DNA from: Mustelus asterias
Taxonomy: Eukaryota
NCBI RefSeq assembly: GCF_964213995.1
Contig: NC_135834.1
Coordinates: 17,360,001-17,424,000 of the forward strand
Length of the DNA: 64,000 nt
Direction: 5' to 3'
The translations under genes and the position numbers were made by a program. Positions 49,236 to 61,507 of the stretch are shown one piece after another (the stretch's first letter is position 1; every line of letters begins with the position of its first letter). A model generated the notes under the pieces. It worked only from the letters and a program-made list of their open reading frames with translations. It was not told the DNA's origin and did not search any database.

Positions 49236-49604
49236 TATGTGTAATTATACAACACAAAAGATTACGGATTTTGTTGGGTTATATTACCTGTCTTACTAGT
49301 ATATCTATTGATTAATTATTTAACACAAAAGATTACAGATTTTATGTTAGAAATTATATTACTAACCTTGCTAATATATCTATCAATTAAATGTTGAATC
49401 ATTAATTGTCTCACAATTAAGGCTCTTTATTTGGCTAAACTGGCTGGTTTCTGATAATGTAGCAATGGGATTCATTTTTAAAATGTTTTCCAGATTAGTT
49501 CAAAGTGGCTTGTGACCAAGTTAGTTTACTATACAAAATAACAGATTCAGGTTACAAAGTAGCCATCATAATAAAGTTAGTGATTTGGAAATTATCGACA
49601 TTCA

Positions 49605-50154
49605 GTAACTTGTGAATTCGCTGGTGTTTCAGCAGCTGGGATGACTCAGTCAGTCGCTTCTCACACAGTGTAGGTGAACGGCCTCTCTCCAGTGTGAAAT
49701 CACTGGTGTTTCAGTTGAATGAATGAATCAGCAAATCCCTTTATACCCACAGAGCAGGAGAACGGTCTCTCCCCAGTGTGAACCCGCTGTTTGTCAGCAG
49801 TGTGGGTAACTGAGTGAATCTCTTCACACACTCAGATCAGGTGAATGCCTCCCCCCAGTGTGACTGTGTCGATGTACTTCCAGTGGAGATGGATAGTTAA
49901 ATCCTTTCCCAGTCTCCACATTTCCACTGTTTCTCCTCAGTGTGACCGCATGGGTTGACAGGTCTGATCATTGGCTGAAGCCTCGACCACACACACAAGA
50001 CGTGCCCAGTTTCTCCTCACTGTGAACGGTGCTTTTTCCTTCCATATTCAAAATCCGATGATATTCACGTTACAATAAATTGAGAAACCCCAGCAGATCC
50101 TGAGGTGATGATAGGTCTGAGCTTCCTGACTGCAAATCCTCCCTTTCAGATACC
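49605..50154 (-). pseudogene. C2H2 ZNF pseudogene (ZNF-E)
   Basis: Acceptor at 50155, ATG at 50045, TGA in finger 1, about 5 broken fingers. Confidence 0.88.
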
Positions 50155-50254
50155 CTGTGAAATTGATTTAAAACAGAAAGAAGGGAGTGAGAGAGGACCC
50201 ATAAAAACACAAAGGCAGCTTGTGAAATTGAGCTGAATGAATCTGGACATTTAG

Positions 50255-50889
50255 ATCATAGAACATAGAACATTACAGCGCAGTACAGGCCCTTCGGCCC
50301 TCGATGTTGCGCCGACCAGTGGAACCAATCTAAAGCCCCTCTAATCTACACTATTTCAATATCATCCATATGTTTATCCAATAACCATTTGAATGCTCTT
50401 AATGTTGACGAGTCCACTACTGCTGCAGGCAGGGCATTCCACGCCCTTACTACTCTCTGAGTAAAGAGCCTACCTCGAACATCTGTCCTATATCTCTCAC
50501 CCCTCAATTTAAAGCTATGTCCCCTCGTGCGAGCCATCACCATCCAAGGAAAAAGGCTCTCACTATCCACCCTATCTAATCCTCTGATCATCTTGTATGC
50601 CTCTATTAAGTCACCTCTTAACCTTCTTCTCTCTAACGAAAACAACCTCAAGCCCCTCAGCCTTTCCTCATACGATTTTCCCACCATACCAGGCAACATC
50701 CTGGTAAATCTCCTCTGCACCCTTTCCAACACTTCCACATCTTTCCTATAATGCGGCGACCAGAACTGTACGCAATACTCCAAATGCGGCCGCACCAGAG
50801 TTTTGTACTGTTGCAGCATGACCTCCTGGCTCCGAAACTCAATCCCTCTACCAATAAAAACTAACACACCGTACGCCTTCTTAACAACC
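50255..50889 (-). mobile_element. 5'-truncated CR1, same subfamily as 16806-17650
   Basis: 173-aa RT C-terminus; catagaa tail. Confidence 0.95.
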
Positions 50890-51029
50890 TGTGGGTTCGT
50901 AACAATTTAACAACTTGTGGGATCTGTACAAGAATGAAGTGACCACTAAAGCTGCTGGACTGCTGTAAAAAAAAAACAACTATGTAACTCATGTGCTTCA
51001 GAGAACCTGACAACTGGTTTAAAGATTGG

Positions 51030-51483
51030 TAAGAAGTTTAACAACACCAGGTTAAAGTCCAACAGGTTTATTTGGTAGCAAAAGCCACACAAGCTTTCGA
51101 AGCTCTAAGCCCCTTCTTCAGGTGAGTGGGAATTCTGTTCACAAACAGCTTATAAAGACACAGACTCAATTTACATGAATAATGGTTGGAATGCGAATAC
51201 TTACAACTAATCAAGTCTTTAAGAAACAAAACAATGGGAGTGGAGAGAGCATCAAGACAGGCTAAAAAGATGTGTATTGTCTCCAGACAAGACAGCCAGT
51301 GAAACTCTGCAGGTCCACGCAACTGTGGGAGTTACAAATAGTGTGCCATGAACCCAATATCCCGGTTGAGGCCGTCCTCGTGTGTGCGGAACTTGGCTAT
51401 CAGTTTCTGCTCAGCGACTCTGCGCCGTCGTGTGTTGCGAAGGCCGCCTTGGAGAACGCTTACCCGAATATCAGAGGCCGAAT
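51030..51483 (-). mobile_element. Penelope-like element 3' end: GIY-YIG endonuclease C-terminus plus pLTR
   Basis: DIRVSVLQGGLRNTRRRRVAEQKLIAKFRTHEDGLNRDIGFMAHY. Confidence 0.9.
51085..51130 (-). ncRNA. Minimal type I hammerhead ribozyme
   Basis: Minus strand: ccactcac-CTGAAGA-a-ggggct(tag)agcttc-GAAA-gctt-gtgtgg. Confidence 0.75.
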
Positions 51484-51489
51484 CAGAGA

Positions 51490-54400
51490 CCGAAGATTGG
51501 ACCAGGGGTAGTCCATTCAGCCCATCAAGCCTGTTCCACCATTTAATTCGATCATGGCTGATCAGACACTTCAATGCCGTTTACACGCATTATCCCCTTA
51601 AGCCTTTACGTTATTGTCAGAATCAGAATCAGAAATCTGTCAATCTCTGCTTTAAACATACTCAGTGACTGAGTTTCCATCTCTCTGGCATAAAGAATTC
51701 CAAAGATTCACTACTCTCTGAGTAAAGACATTTCTCCTCATTTCCGCCCTAGGTGGCTTCCCCCTTATTTTGAAATTGTGCCCCTGCTTCTAGACTTCCC
51801 AAGCAATGGAAATATCTGCACCTACCCTGTCAATTCCTTTAAATATTTTGTAGGTTTCAAAAAGATAACCTCCCATTCTTCGTTTGTCCAATCTCCTTCC
51901 ACCGACCCCCCTGCTATCCCCTGAACTTGGAAATACTACATTTGATCCCCACATCCAAATCATTGATATGTATTGTGAACAGATGGGTCCCAAGTCCTGA
52001 CCCTTGTGGTACCCCACTAGTCACAGTCTGTAATGCGAGAATAACCTGTTTATTCCGACTCTCTGTTTCCTGCCGATTAACCAATCCGCAATCCGTGACA
52101 CTGCGTCATCTCCATTCCCACGTGTTTTTATTTTGCTCATCAACTTCCTGTGGGGAACTTTGTCAAAAGCCTGCTGAAAGTCCAAACACCTTCAATAAAG
52201 TCCAACAAGTTTGCCAAACATGATTTCTCATTTGGAAATCCATGCTGACTATGCCCACTCAGATCCAAGTGTCGATTTATCACACCCTTTATAACAGATT
52301 CCAACATTTTCCCTGCCATTGATGTAAGGCGAACAGGTCGGTATTTCCCTGCTTTCTCTCTCCCTCCCTTCTTAAATAGGGGTGTGACATTTGCTGCCTT
52401 CTAATCTTCAGGAAACATTCCAGAATCAATAGAATTTTGGAAGATGATCACCAATGTCGACTATCAGGTCCCGGGGACTTTTCAGCTTTCAGTCCCATTA
52501 ATTTCTCCAAAACAACCTTCTTACTTATAATAATTTCCTTCAATTTCACATTCCCCCTCGTCCCTTGGGTTTCTACATCTGGGAGATTTCCTGTATCCTC
52601 CTTAGTGAAAACACACACAAAGTAATCATTTAGCTTTTCTGCCATTTCTCTATTCCCCATTCTGAATTCTCTGCCTGTAATGAAGCCACGTTTGTCTTAT
52701 CCAAACACTTCTTTTTACATACCTATAGAAACTTTACAGTCCGTCTTTATGTTTTTGCCAGATTGCATTCATATTCTGTTCTCCCTTTCTTCATCAGTTT
52801 CTTGGCCTCCTTTGCTGATTTATAAAAACCTCCCAACCTTCAGGTTTACTCCTATTTCTGGCAACTTTATAACTCTTTTCATCTGATATGATCCTTAACT
52901 TCCTTTCTCAGCCATGGTTGACTGTATTTTTGGGGGGCTTTTGCACCCTGAAGGAATGTATTGGTGCTGTATACTATGTAATTGTCCTTTGAAGACTATC
53001 CATTGCCTCTGCACAGTCATTGCTTTTAATGTATTTTCCCAATCCACCTCAACCAATTTGTCCCTCATGTCTTCACAATTTCCTTTATTCAACTTTAACA
53101 CCCTGGCTTCAGATTGAACTTCCTCACTTTCAAACATAATGTAACATTCTATCATATTGTGATCACTCTTTCCTAAAGGTTCTGTTCCAACTGGATTATT
53201 GATTAGCTCCTTTTCATTAGATAATACTAGTTTTTAGGAAACATTAAGACAGACAAATCCCCAGGGCCGAATGGCATCTATCCTAGACTCCTCAGGGAGG
53301 CGAGAGATGCAATTGCTAGGCCTCTAACAGAAATCTTTGTCTCTTCACTGGACACAGGTGAGGTCCCAGAGGATTGGAGGATAGCCAATGTGGTCCCGTT
53401 ATTTAAGAAGGGTAGCAAGGATAACCCGGGTAATTATAGGCCGGTGAGCTTGACGTCCGTGGTAGGGACGTTGTTGGAGAAGATTCTTACAGATAGGATA
53501 TATGCGCATTTAGAACTGAATAATCTCATTAGCGATAGACAGCATGGTTTTGTACGAGGGAGGTCATGCCTCACAAATTTGGTTGAGTTTTTGAGGTGAC
53601 GACAAAAACGATTGACGAGGGAAGGGCCGTGGATGTCGTCTTTTTTAGTAAAGCGTTTGATAAGGTCCCACATGGCAGGCTGGTGCAAAAGGTTAAATCT
53701 CACGGGATAAAAGGTGAGCTAGCTAGATGGGTGGAGAACTGGCTTAGCCATAGAAGACAGAGGGTAGCAGTGGAGGGGTCTTTTTCTGGTTGGAGGTCTG
53801 TGACTAGTGGTGTTCCTCAGGGCTCTGTACTGGGACCTCTGATGTTTGTGATATATATAAATGATTTGGAGGAAGATGTAACTGGTGTGATCAGTAAGTT
53901 TGCGGATGACACAAAGATTGCTGGAGTTGCAGATAGTGATGAACATTGTCAGAGAATACAGCAGGATATAGATAGGCTGGAACATTGGGCGGAGAAATGG
54001 CAGATGGAATTTAATCCAGATAAATGCAAAGTGATGCATTTCGGTAGATCTAATGTAAGGGGGAGCTATACAATAAATGGCAGAACCATCAGGAGTATAC
54101 AGAGGGACCTGGGTGTACAAGTCCACAGATCCTTAAAGGTGGCAGCACAGGAGGAGAGGGTGGTCAAGAAGGCATATGGCATGCTTGCCTTTATTGGACG
54201 GGGCATAGAATATAAAAGTTGGCATATGATGTTGCACCTGTATAGAACGATGGTTAGGCCACATTTGGAATACTGCGTCCAGTTCTGGTCGCCACACTAC
54301 CAGAAGGACGTGGAGGCTTTGGAGAGAATACAGAGAAGGTTTACCAGGATGTTGCCTGGTATGGAGGGTCTTAGCTATGAGGAGAGATTGGGTAAACTGG

Positions 54401-55335
54401 GGTTGTTCTCCCTGGAAAGACGGAGGATGAGGGGCGACCTAATAGAGGTGTATAAAATTATGAAGGGCATAGATAGAGTGAACAGTGGGAAGCTTTTTCC
54501 CAGGTTGGAGGTGACGAACACAAGGGGTCACGGGTTCAAGGTGAGGGGGGCAAGGTTCAACACAGATGTCAGGGGGACGTATTTTACACAGAGGGTGGTG
54601 GGGGCCTGGAATGCACTGCCAAGCAAGGTGATTGAGGCGGACAAACTGGGATCGTTTAAGACTTATCTAGATAACCAGATGAACAGACTGGGAATAGAGG
54701 GATACAAAAGAATGGTCTAGTGGGCACATGAGCGGCGCAGGCTTGGAGGGCCGAAGGGCCTGTTCCTGTGCTGTACTGTTCTTTGTTCTACAATAGCCTG
54801 TCTTTTAGTTGGCTCCTCAGCAAACTGCTTGAGAAACCCATCGTGACACACTCCAGAAACTCGTCTTCCTTAGCATTAGTGCTCACTTGGTTTAACCAGT
54901 CTACGTGCAGATTGAAGTCACTTATGATCACTGTATTACCCATGCTACATGTTTCTCTCATTTCCTGATTTACACATTACCGTTACTATTTGGTGACCTA
55001 TAAACAATTCTAACCAATGTGCGTTGCCCTTTGTTGATTCTTAGCTCCATCCAAACAGATTCAACACATTCTTCTTCTGATCTGAGATCCTCCCTTACTA
55101 CTGCACTGATCCCATCCCATATTATCAGCACAACTCCACCTCCTTTCCCTTCTTGTCTGTCCTTCCTAAACATAAAATATTCATGAATATTCAGATCCCA
55201 GACTTGGTCATCATGCAGCCATGTTTCTGTACTGAGAATTATATCAAACCCATTTACCTCTATTTATGTCTTTAGATCATCTATCTTGTTCCGAATGTTG
55301 CTCGCATTTCAGGTAGAATTCCCTTAACTTTATCT
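51490..55335 (-). mobile_element. Old CR1 ORF2 split by a plus-strand CR1 (53232-54790)
   Basis: Antisense APE and RT fragments; sides rejoin as …ataatactag / tctacaatagcc…. Confidence 0.8.
53232..54790 (+). mobile_element. 5'-truncated CR1, same subfamily as 31597-32978
   Basis: 374-aa RT ORF ending in the same EGYKRMV*. Confidence 0.95.
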
Positions 55336-56168
55336 TCTTGACACCATTCTGCACTCGACACATACTCGATGCTTTGCTTTGTTTCTCCTGCCTAGTCCCA
55401 TTATCACTTCCTGTGACCAACATTACTTCCTTCCAATTTGGGCCACCCTTCAGGTTCTCATTACCCCTGACAAGTTAGTTTCAATCCACCCCTCTACAAC
55501 CTCCCAATATCTCTGGGAGAAGATAGAGAGGGAGACGGGATAGGCAAAGATGAAGATGTGGGATCTTATAGATTTACAAGTCAACAAGAGCATTGATAGA
55601 ATCTTCCAAACCCTTACCCTCCACCACCTAAAAGGACCAGGGTAGCAGGTGTATGTGAACACTACCAACGGACAGTCTTGGATCAACAGAAATTTCCTCC
55701 ATTTAAATACTGGGAAGACTGAAGCCACCGTCTTCATACCCCACTACAAACTCCACTCCCTAACCATCAATATCATCTTACATCTTACCAATACTCTCTT
55801 ACAGCTTTGAAGTTGAACCAGACTATTCACAATCTTGGTGTCAGATTTCACCCCAGGCTGAGATTCTGACTACATACCACTCAGACCGCCTATTTCCACC
55901 TCAGTAACTTTGTCTAACTTCACTCTTGCCTCAGCTCATCTGCTACTGAAACCCATCCATTTCATTGTTCCCTCGAAACTGGACTATTCCCAGCTGCCCA
56001 CATAAAGATGGGATCATACAAAACTCAATATAAAGCTGATTTATATTTTTTTAAGACAGGATTTAACATCTAAAAATGTGCTGGAGATTTTTAACATCAG
56101 CAGAAAAAGACCCGAATAAACATGATTCAATTCTGGAAGTGATTAGCATCCTAATCCAATCACTGTGC

Positions 56169-57041
56169 TTACTTTTGTACTTGCTGATGTGTCTGCTGGA
56201 TGGATGAGGTAGTGAATCCCTTCCCAAACTTGGGGGGAATGAACGGTCTCTCCCCAGTGTGAACTCGCTGGTGGTGGTTCACCAAGGCGGATGACTGAGT
56301 GAATCCCATCCCACATTTGGAGCAGATGTACGGTCTCTCCCCAGTGTGAATTCGCTGGTGTACAGTGAGATCAGAGGATCGCTTGAACCCAGTCCCACAG
56401 TGAGAGCACCTGAACGGTTTCTCATCAGTGTGAACACGTTGATGTAACAGGAGTTGTCCGGAACTTTTAAAACACTTCTCGCAGTCCAGGCATTTAAAAG
56501 ATCTTTCGTCAGTGTGAACTCGCTGGTGTCTCAGGCGGGCAGAGGAGGAAGCAAATTCCTTTCCACACTTGGAGCAAGTGTACGGCTTCTCGCCAGTGTG
56601 AGTGCGCTGGTGTGTCACCAACCTGGATCGGACAATGAATCCCTTCCCACATGTGCAGCAGATGAACGGTCTCTCTCCTGTGTGAATTCGCTCATGTATC
56701 AAACGACTTGACAGCAGAGTGAATCCTTTCCCACACATGGAGCAGGTGTACGGCCTCTCCCCAGTGTGAATCCGCTGGTGTGTCAGCAGGTCAGATGACC
56801 GGGTGAATCCCTTCCCACACTGAGAGCAGGTGAATGGTCGTTCTCCAGTGTGACACCATCGATGAATTTCCAGCGCTGATGGAGATTTGCATCCCTTCCC
56901 ACAATCCCCACATTCCCACGGTTTCTCCCTTTTGTGACTGTGTTTATGTTTTGACAGGTCAGATGATTGGCTGAAGCTTCGTCCACACACAGAACACGTG
57001 TACGCTTTCTCCCCACTGTGAATGGAGCTTTTTCCTTCCAT
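56169..57041 (-). CDS. C2H2 zinc-finger protein (ZNF-F), 9 fingers plus 1 degenerate
   Basis: Open ORF, ATG at 57041, acceptor tttcacag at 57151. Confidence 0.9.
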   Translation of the reverse strand: MEGKSSIHSGEKAYTCSVCGRSFSQSSDLSKHKHSHKREKPWECGDCGKGCKSPSALEIHRWCHTGERPFTCSQCGKGFTRSSDLLTHQRIHTGERPYTCSMCGKGFTLLSSRLIHERIHTGERPFICCTCGKGFIVRSRLVTHQRTHTGEKPYTCSKCGKEFASSSARLRHQRVHTDERSFKCLDCEKCFKSSGQLLLHQRVHTDEKPFRCSHCGTGFKRSSDLTVHQRIHTGERPYICSKCGMGFTQSSALVNHHQRVHTGERPFIPPKFGKGFTTSSIQQTHQQVQK

Positions 57042-57597
57042 GTTCAAAATCCAATGATATTCAGCTTGCAATAAATTGAGCGACTCTGTCAGATCCTGAT
57101 GTGACGTTTAGTTTCCGTTTTCCGACTGCAAGTCCTCCCCTTCTGATACCCTGTGAAATTGATTTAAAACAGAAAAAGGGAGTGAGAGAGAACCCACAAA
57201 AACACAAAAAATTGAACTGAATGAATCTGGTAATTTGTGGAGCCGGCACGAGAAAAAGGTGACCATGAAAACTGCTGGATTGTTGTAAGAATATAATTGA
57301 TCTGGACGGTCCGCAAGACTCTGGCCTTGATGGGAGGAGGCAGCTAACAGAGTTCAGAGCAGAATGGATAAACGAGATGGATTTTATATATCTAAAACCC
57401 AGCCAGAAATTTGACAGAATCTCCCAAACCCTCAACCTCCAGCAGCTGGAAGGACAAGTGTGGCAAGTGTAGGTGAACACCCTCACTTCCAATTTCCCCT
57501 CCAAGTCACACACCATCTTGATGTGTCTAACATTCAGTACTGGATGAACAGAAATGTCTTCCTTTTAAATACTGGGACGACTGAAGTCATTGTCTTC

Positions 57598-57906
57598 ATA
57601 GAATCATAGAATCCCTACAGTGCAGAAGGAGGCCATTCGGCCCATCGAGTCTGCACCGACAACAATCCCACCCAGGTCCTATCCCCACAATCCTGCATAT
57701 TTACCCCGCTAGACAGTAAGAGGCAATTTAGCATGGCCAATCAACCTAACCTGCATACCTTTGGAGTGTGGGAGGAAACCAGAACACCCGGAGGAAACCC
57801 ACGCAGACAATGGGAGAGAATGTGCAAACTCCACACAGTGACCCGTGGCTGGAATTGAACATGGGTTCCTGGCACTGCAAGGCAGCAGTGCTAACCGCTG
57901 TGCCAC
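57598..57906 (-). mobile_element. HE1 SINE inserted in an L2 fragment
   Basis: Complete head, V-domain and tail. Confidence 0.9.
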
Positions 57907-58329
57907 CCCAGTCCCCGCGACAAACCTCACTCCCAACCACTAACTCCATCCCTCTCCCTGATAAATGTCTGAAACTGAACCACACCAATGATTAAATACT
58001 GCACCACCAGCTTCTGTCCACATACTTGTGTCATCTCCAGGAACCCAATACTATCTGATTTAAATGGCTCGATTTTACCCTGTTGCATCCTTTCTTTTGT
58101 TACCTTAGAATTGACAATTCCAACACACTTCTAACCAGCCTCCCACATTGATAACTCTTGATAAGTTTGTGTTTTTCCAAATCCCTGTTCCCTGCACTGA
58201 GTCCCATTCACTCACCCATCACTCTGTCTTCACTGACCTACACAGGTTCCCAGTTAAACAGCAACTCAATTTAAAATTCTCATCCTTCTTTTCAAATCCC
58301 TCCATAACATTGCCCTTTCCTATTTCCAG

Positions 58330-58630
58330 TGATAGAGGTTTGAATATTTTCCCACAGACACACTTACATTCAGGTTCTGATGAATCCAGTGACTCTGTCA
58401 GGTTTTGATCTGATGTTTGGGTTGAGTTTCCCACCGTCAAATTCTGCTTTTCCAATATCCTGCAAAAAAAATCATCACTGTCAGTCCAGAACAGAAATTG
58501 AGAAGAAACAAACATTTTACCTTGCTTTGAGTTTTGTATGTGCAAATGCTCCCCTTCTAATTCCCTGTAAAAGGAGTTTCCAAAACCCTTCAGTGTGAGT
58601 CCAGGATAGAAATTCACAACATTCTCTCCT
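58330..58630 (-). pseudogene. Duplicated ZNF-exon leader without fingers (ZNF-G); possible upstream exons of ZNF-F
   Basis: Two leader copies (ELEGEHL…; ILEKQNL…QNLTESLDSSEPE), each with an AG acceptor and a GT donor. Confidence 0.65.
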
Positions 58631-58917
58631 TCTGAGTTGGATTAGCCAGGTTAAATTGACCCTTAGTGTTCAAAGATGTGTAGGTTAGAGGATTAGCGGG
58701 AGAAATATGTGGAGTTACAGGGTCTGGGTCAGTGCAGACTCGATGAGCCGGATGGCCTGCTTCTGCGCTATAGGGATTCTATGGTACCTGTCTGCTGACA
58801 TAGCGATCTGATCAGTCGCATGTCATAAAAAATGCAACCAGAACTATGAGAGAATCTCCAAAATCATCAACTTCCACTAACTAGAGGACCAACCAGACTT
58901 GGAGAGGAACCAGACTT

Positions 58918-59240
58918 GGGGCGGCACGGTGGCAGAGTGGTTAGTACTGCTGCCTCACAGCGCCAGGGGCCCGGGTTTGATTCCTGGCTTGCTCACTGTC
59001 TGCGTGCAGTTTGCACATTCTCCCCGTGTCTGCGTGGGTTTCCTCCGGGTGCTCCAGTTTCCTCCCACAGTCCAAAGATGTGCGGGTTAGGTGGATTGGC
59101 CATGTTAAATTGCCCCTCAGTGTTGGGGGACTACCTGGGGTAAACATATGGGGTTATGGGGATAGGACCTGGGTGGGATTGTGGTCGGTTCAGACTCAAT
59201 GGGCCAAATGGCCTTCTTCTGCACGACAGGATTCTATGAA
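58918..59240 (+). mobile_element. HE1 SINE, full length
   Basis: gggcggcacggtggcag… to ggattctatga. Confidence 0.92.
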
Positions 59241-59454
59241 CTGACTTGTCTGACATCCAGAACTGGGTGAGCAGAAATTTATTAAATTTCAATTTTGGGA
59301 AGACTGAAGTCATCAGTTCCCATGCAAACTCCACTCCCTGACCATTGCCTCCATCCCTCTCCCTGACAACTGTCCGAGGCGGAACCAGACTGTTCACACG
59401 TTGATGAAGCAGTTTGATGGACAGATTGTTCCCATTGAAGTCAACTTTCCCCTG

Positions 59455-59830
59455 ACAAATATGGCGGCCATGCATGCGCCAAATTGCACATTGCCCTGCA
59501 CAAAGATGGCGGCGGCGCATGCGCTCTGTCACGCGTTGCATTCCGGAAGAATGGTGGACGAGAACTCGGGTTTGTGAGAAAAAACTGCGGCTCCACTTCG
59601 GGCAATCGGGGACCGGGAACTGGAGTTTCTGTAGCTTACACAACATGTTTATGAAGCCTTTCCGTCTAACCTCCAGATTCATAGCTCCTGCTCACAGCCA
59701 TTTATTTCCTGCACCTGGAGCACATCCGCGGACCAAGCATCGCAAATCGCCATTACTCACACTGCGCATGCTCCACTCCTAGCCCCACCCCCTCTCTTCC
59801 TATCGGCCTGGAGCTGCTGTCAATCAGTCG
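59455..59830. promoter_or_regulatory. CpG-rich promoter, probably of ZNF-F
   Basis: YY1 AAGATGGCGGC 59503-59513, NRF1 GCGCATGCGC 59515-59524, ETS TTCCGGAAG 59541-59549, second NRF1-like tgcgcatgctc about 59763; local CpG enrichment. Confidence 0.8.
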
Positions 59831-60017
59831 GGCATTGTGAGGTGTCAGTGTGAGAGGTCAGTGAGGCTCAGAGAGTGCAGGCAGAATGAGATGGACAATT
59901 TACCTGAATCACATTCACATTGCATTAAATTTGTGACTTTGAGAAGAGCTGCTTCAATACTGTGACAGGGACACAAATCTTCTTGCAGGATTCAAACATG
60001 GACTTCCAGGAAAGATA

Positions 60018-60651
60018 AAAAGAGCTTCAAGTTTTTAGGTGTCCCGATCACCAACAGCCTGTCCTGGTCCCCCCATGCCGACACGATTGTTAAGAAAGCC
60101 CACCAATGCCTCTTTCTCAGAAGACTAAGGAAATTTGGCATGTCCGCGGCAACTCTTACCAACTTTTACAGATGCACCATAGAAAGCATTCTTTCTGGTT
60201 GTATCACAGCTTGGTATGGCTCCTGCTCTGCCCAAGGCTGCAAGAAACTACAAAAAGTCATGAATGTAGCCCAATCCATCATGCAAACCAGCCTCCCATT
60301 CATTGACTCTGTCTACACTTCCCGCTGCCTTGGCAAAGCAGCCAGCATAATTAAGGACCCCATGCATCTCGGTCATTCTCTCTTCCATCTTCTCCCGTCA
60401 GGAAAAAGATACAAAAGTCTGAGGTCACGTACCAACCGACTGAAGAACAACTTCTTCCCTTACTGCCATCAGAACTTTCAATGGACATACCTTGCATTAA
60501 GTTGATCTTTCTCTACACCCTTGCTATGACTGCAACACTACACTCTGCACTCTCTCCTTTCCTTCTCTATTAACGGTAAGCTTTACATAGCGCGCAAGAA
60601 GCAATACTTTTCACTGTATGCTAACACGTGACAATAAAAAATCAAATCAAA
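60018..60651 (+). mobile_element. Rex1/Babar LINE 3' fragment
   Basis: FKFLGV, FYRCTIESILSGCITAWYG, PSGKRY; aatcaaatcaaa tail. Confidence 0.88.
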
Positions 60652-61507
60652 ACATGGATTGGGAGATGACCAGGGCATGGGAGAGGAAAATGAGGCTGGA
60701 GATTGGCCAGGGGGTTCACAAGGACATTGGTCAAGGAATTTTTTTATTTTTGAGGTGGTGGTGATAGCAGATCATCAAGGAAAGATTTGAAAGTGAGAGG
60801 AACAATACCTGAACATAGTCATAGTCATAGAGGTTTACAGCATGGAAACAGGCCCTTCGGCCCAACTTGGAAACATAGAGAACCATTAAAAATGTCAGTA
60901 GACACAGTGACATTGTGTGATCATTTTCACAGGAAAAAGTCAATGGTGCAGGAAATGGGTCCCGTGGACAGAGTGAGAATGAAGAGGGGAGATAAAATAA
61001 AGAAAGATGTGGGTTCAGGAGTCAGAGAAGGGGAGATTTAAGAGACTTTTTGTCCAGGGCACTAGTGGAAAGGATAGAAACATAGAGACTAGAAACAGGA
61101 GGAGGCCATTCGGCCTGTCAAGCCTGCTGCACCATTCATTTTGATCATAGCTGATCATCAAATTCAATATCCTGATCCCCCCTTCTGCCCACCCCAGCAG
61201 GAGAGGCAGCTGATCAGATTGTCTCAATCTTAGTGACAAAGAAGTTCCATGAGCTCCTCATACTTGTTGTTGAAGGTGAGGATGGAGGAGGCAGGAGGGA
61301 GAGCCCTTCGAAATGAAGAAACTTGGTTCAGAAATATTAAAAAGACTTGACACACATGGTTGTTTTCACAAAGCTGATTTATTTAACTTTTATTCAGAAT
61401 ATTAACACCTATAACTGAGCTGGGGTTGATGACCATCAGCAGAAACTGACCCCAAGGAACATGGATCCGACCTAAACGTGAATAACAGCAAAATTGAATC
61501 CCTGTAG

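Noticed and set aside
48350-49600. Possible solo LTR in an AT-rich stretch, with a ~70-bp duplication at 49250-49390
   Set aside because: No paired termini, TSD, PBS or PPT could be fixed
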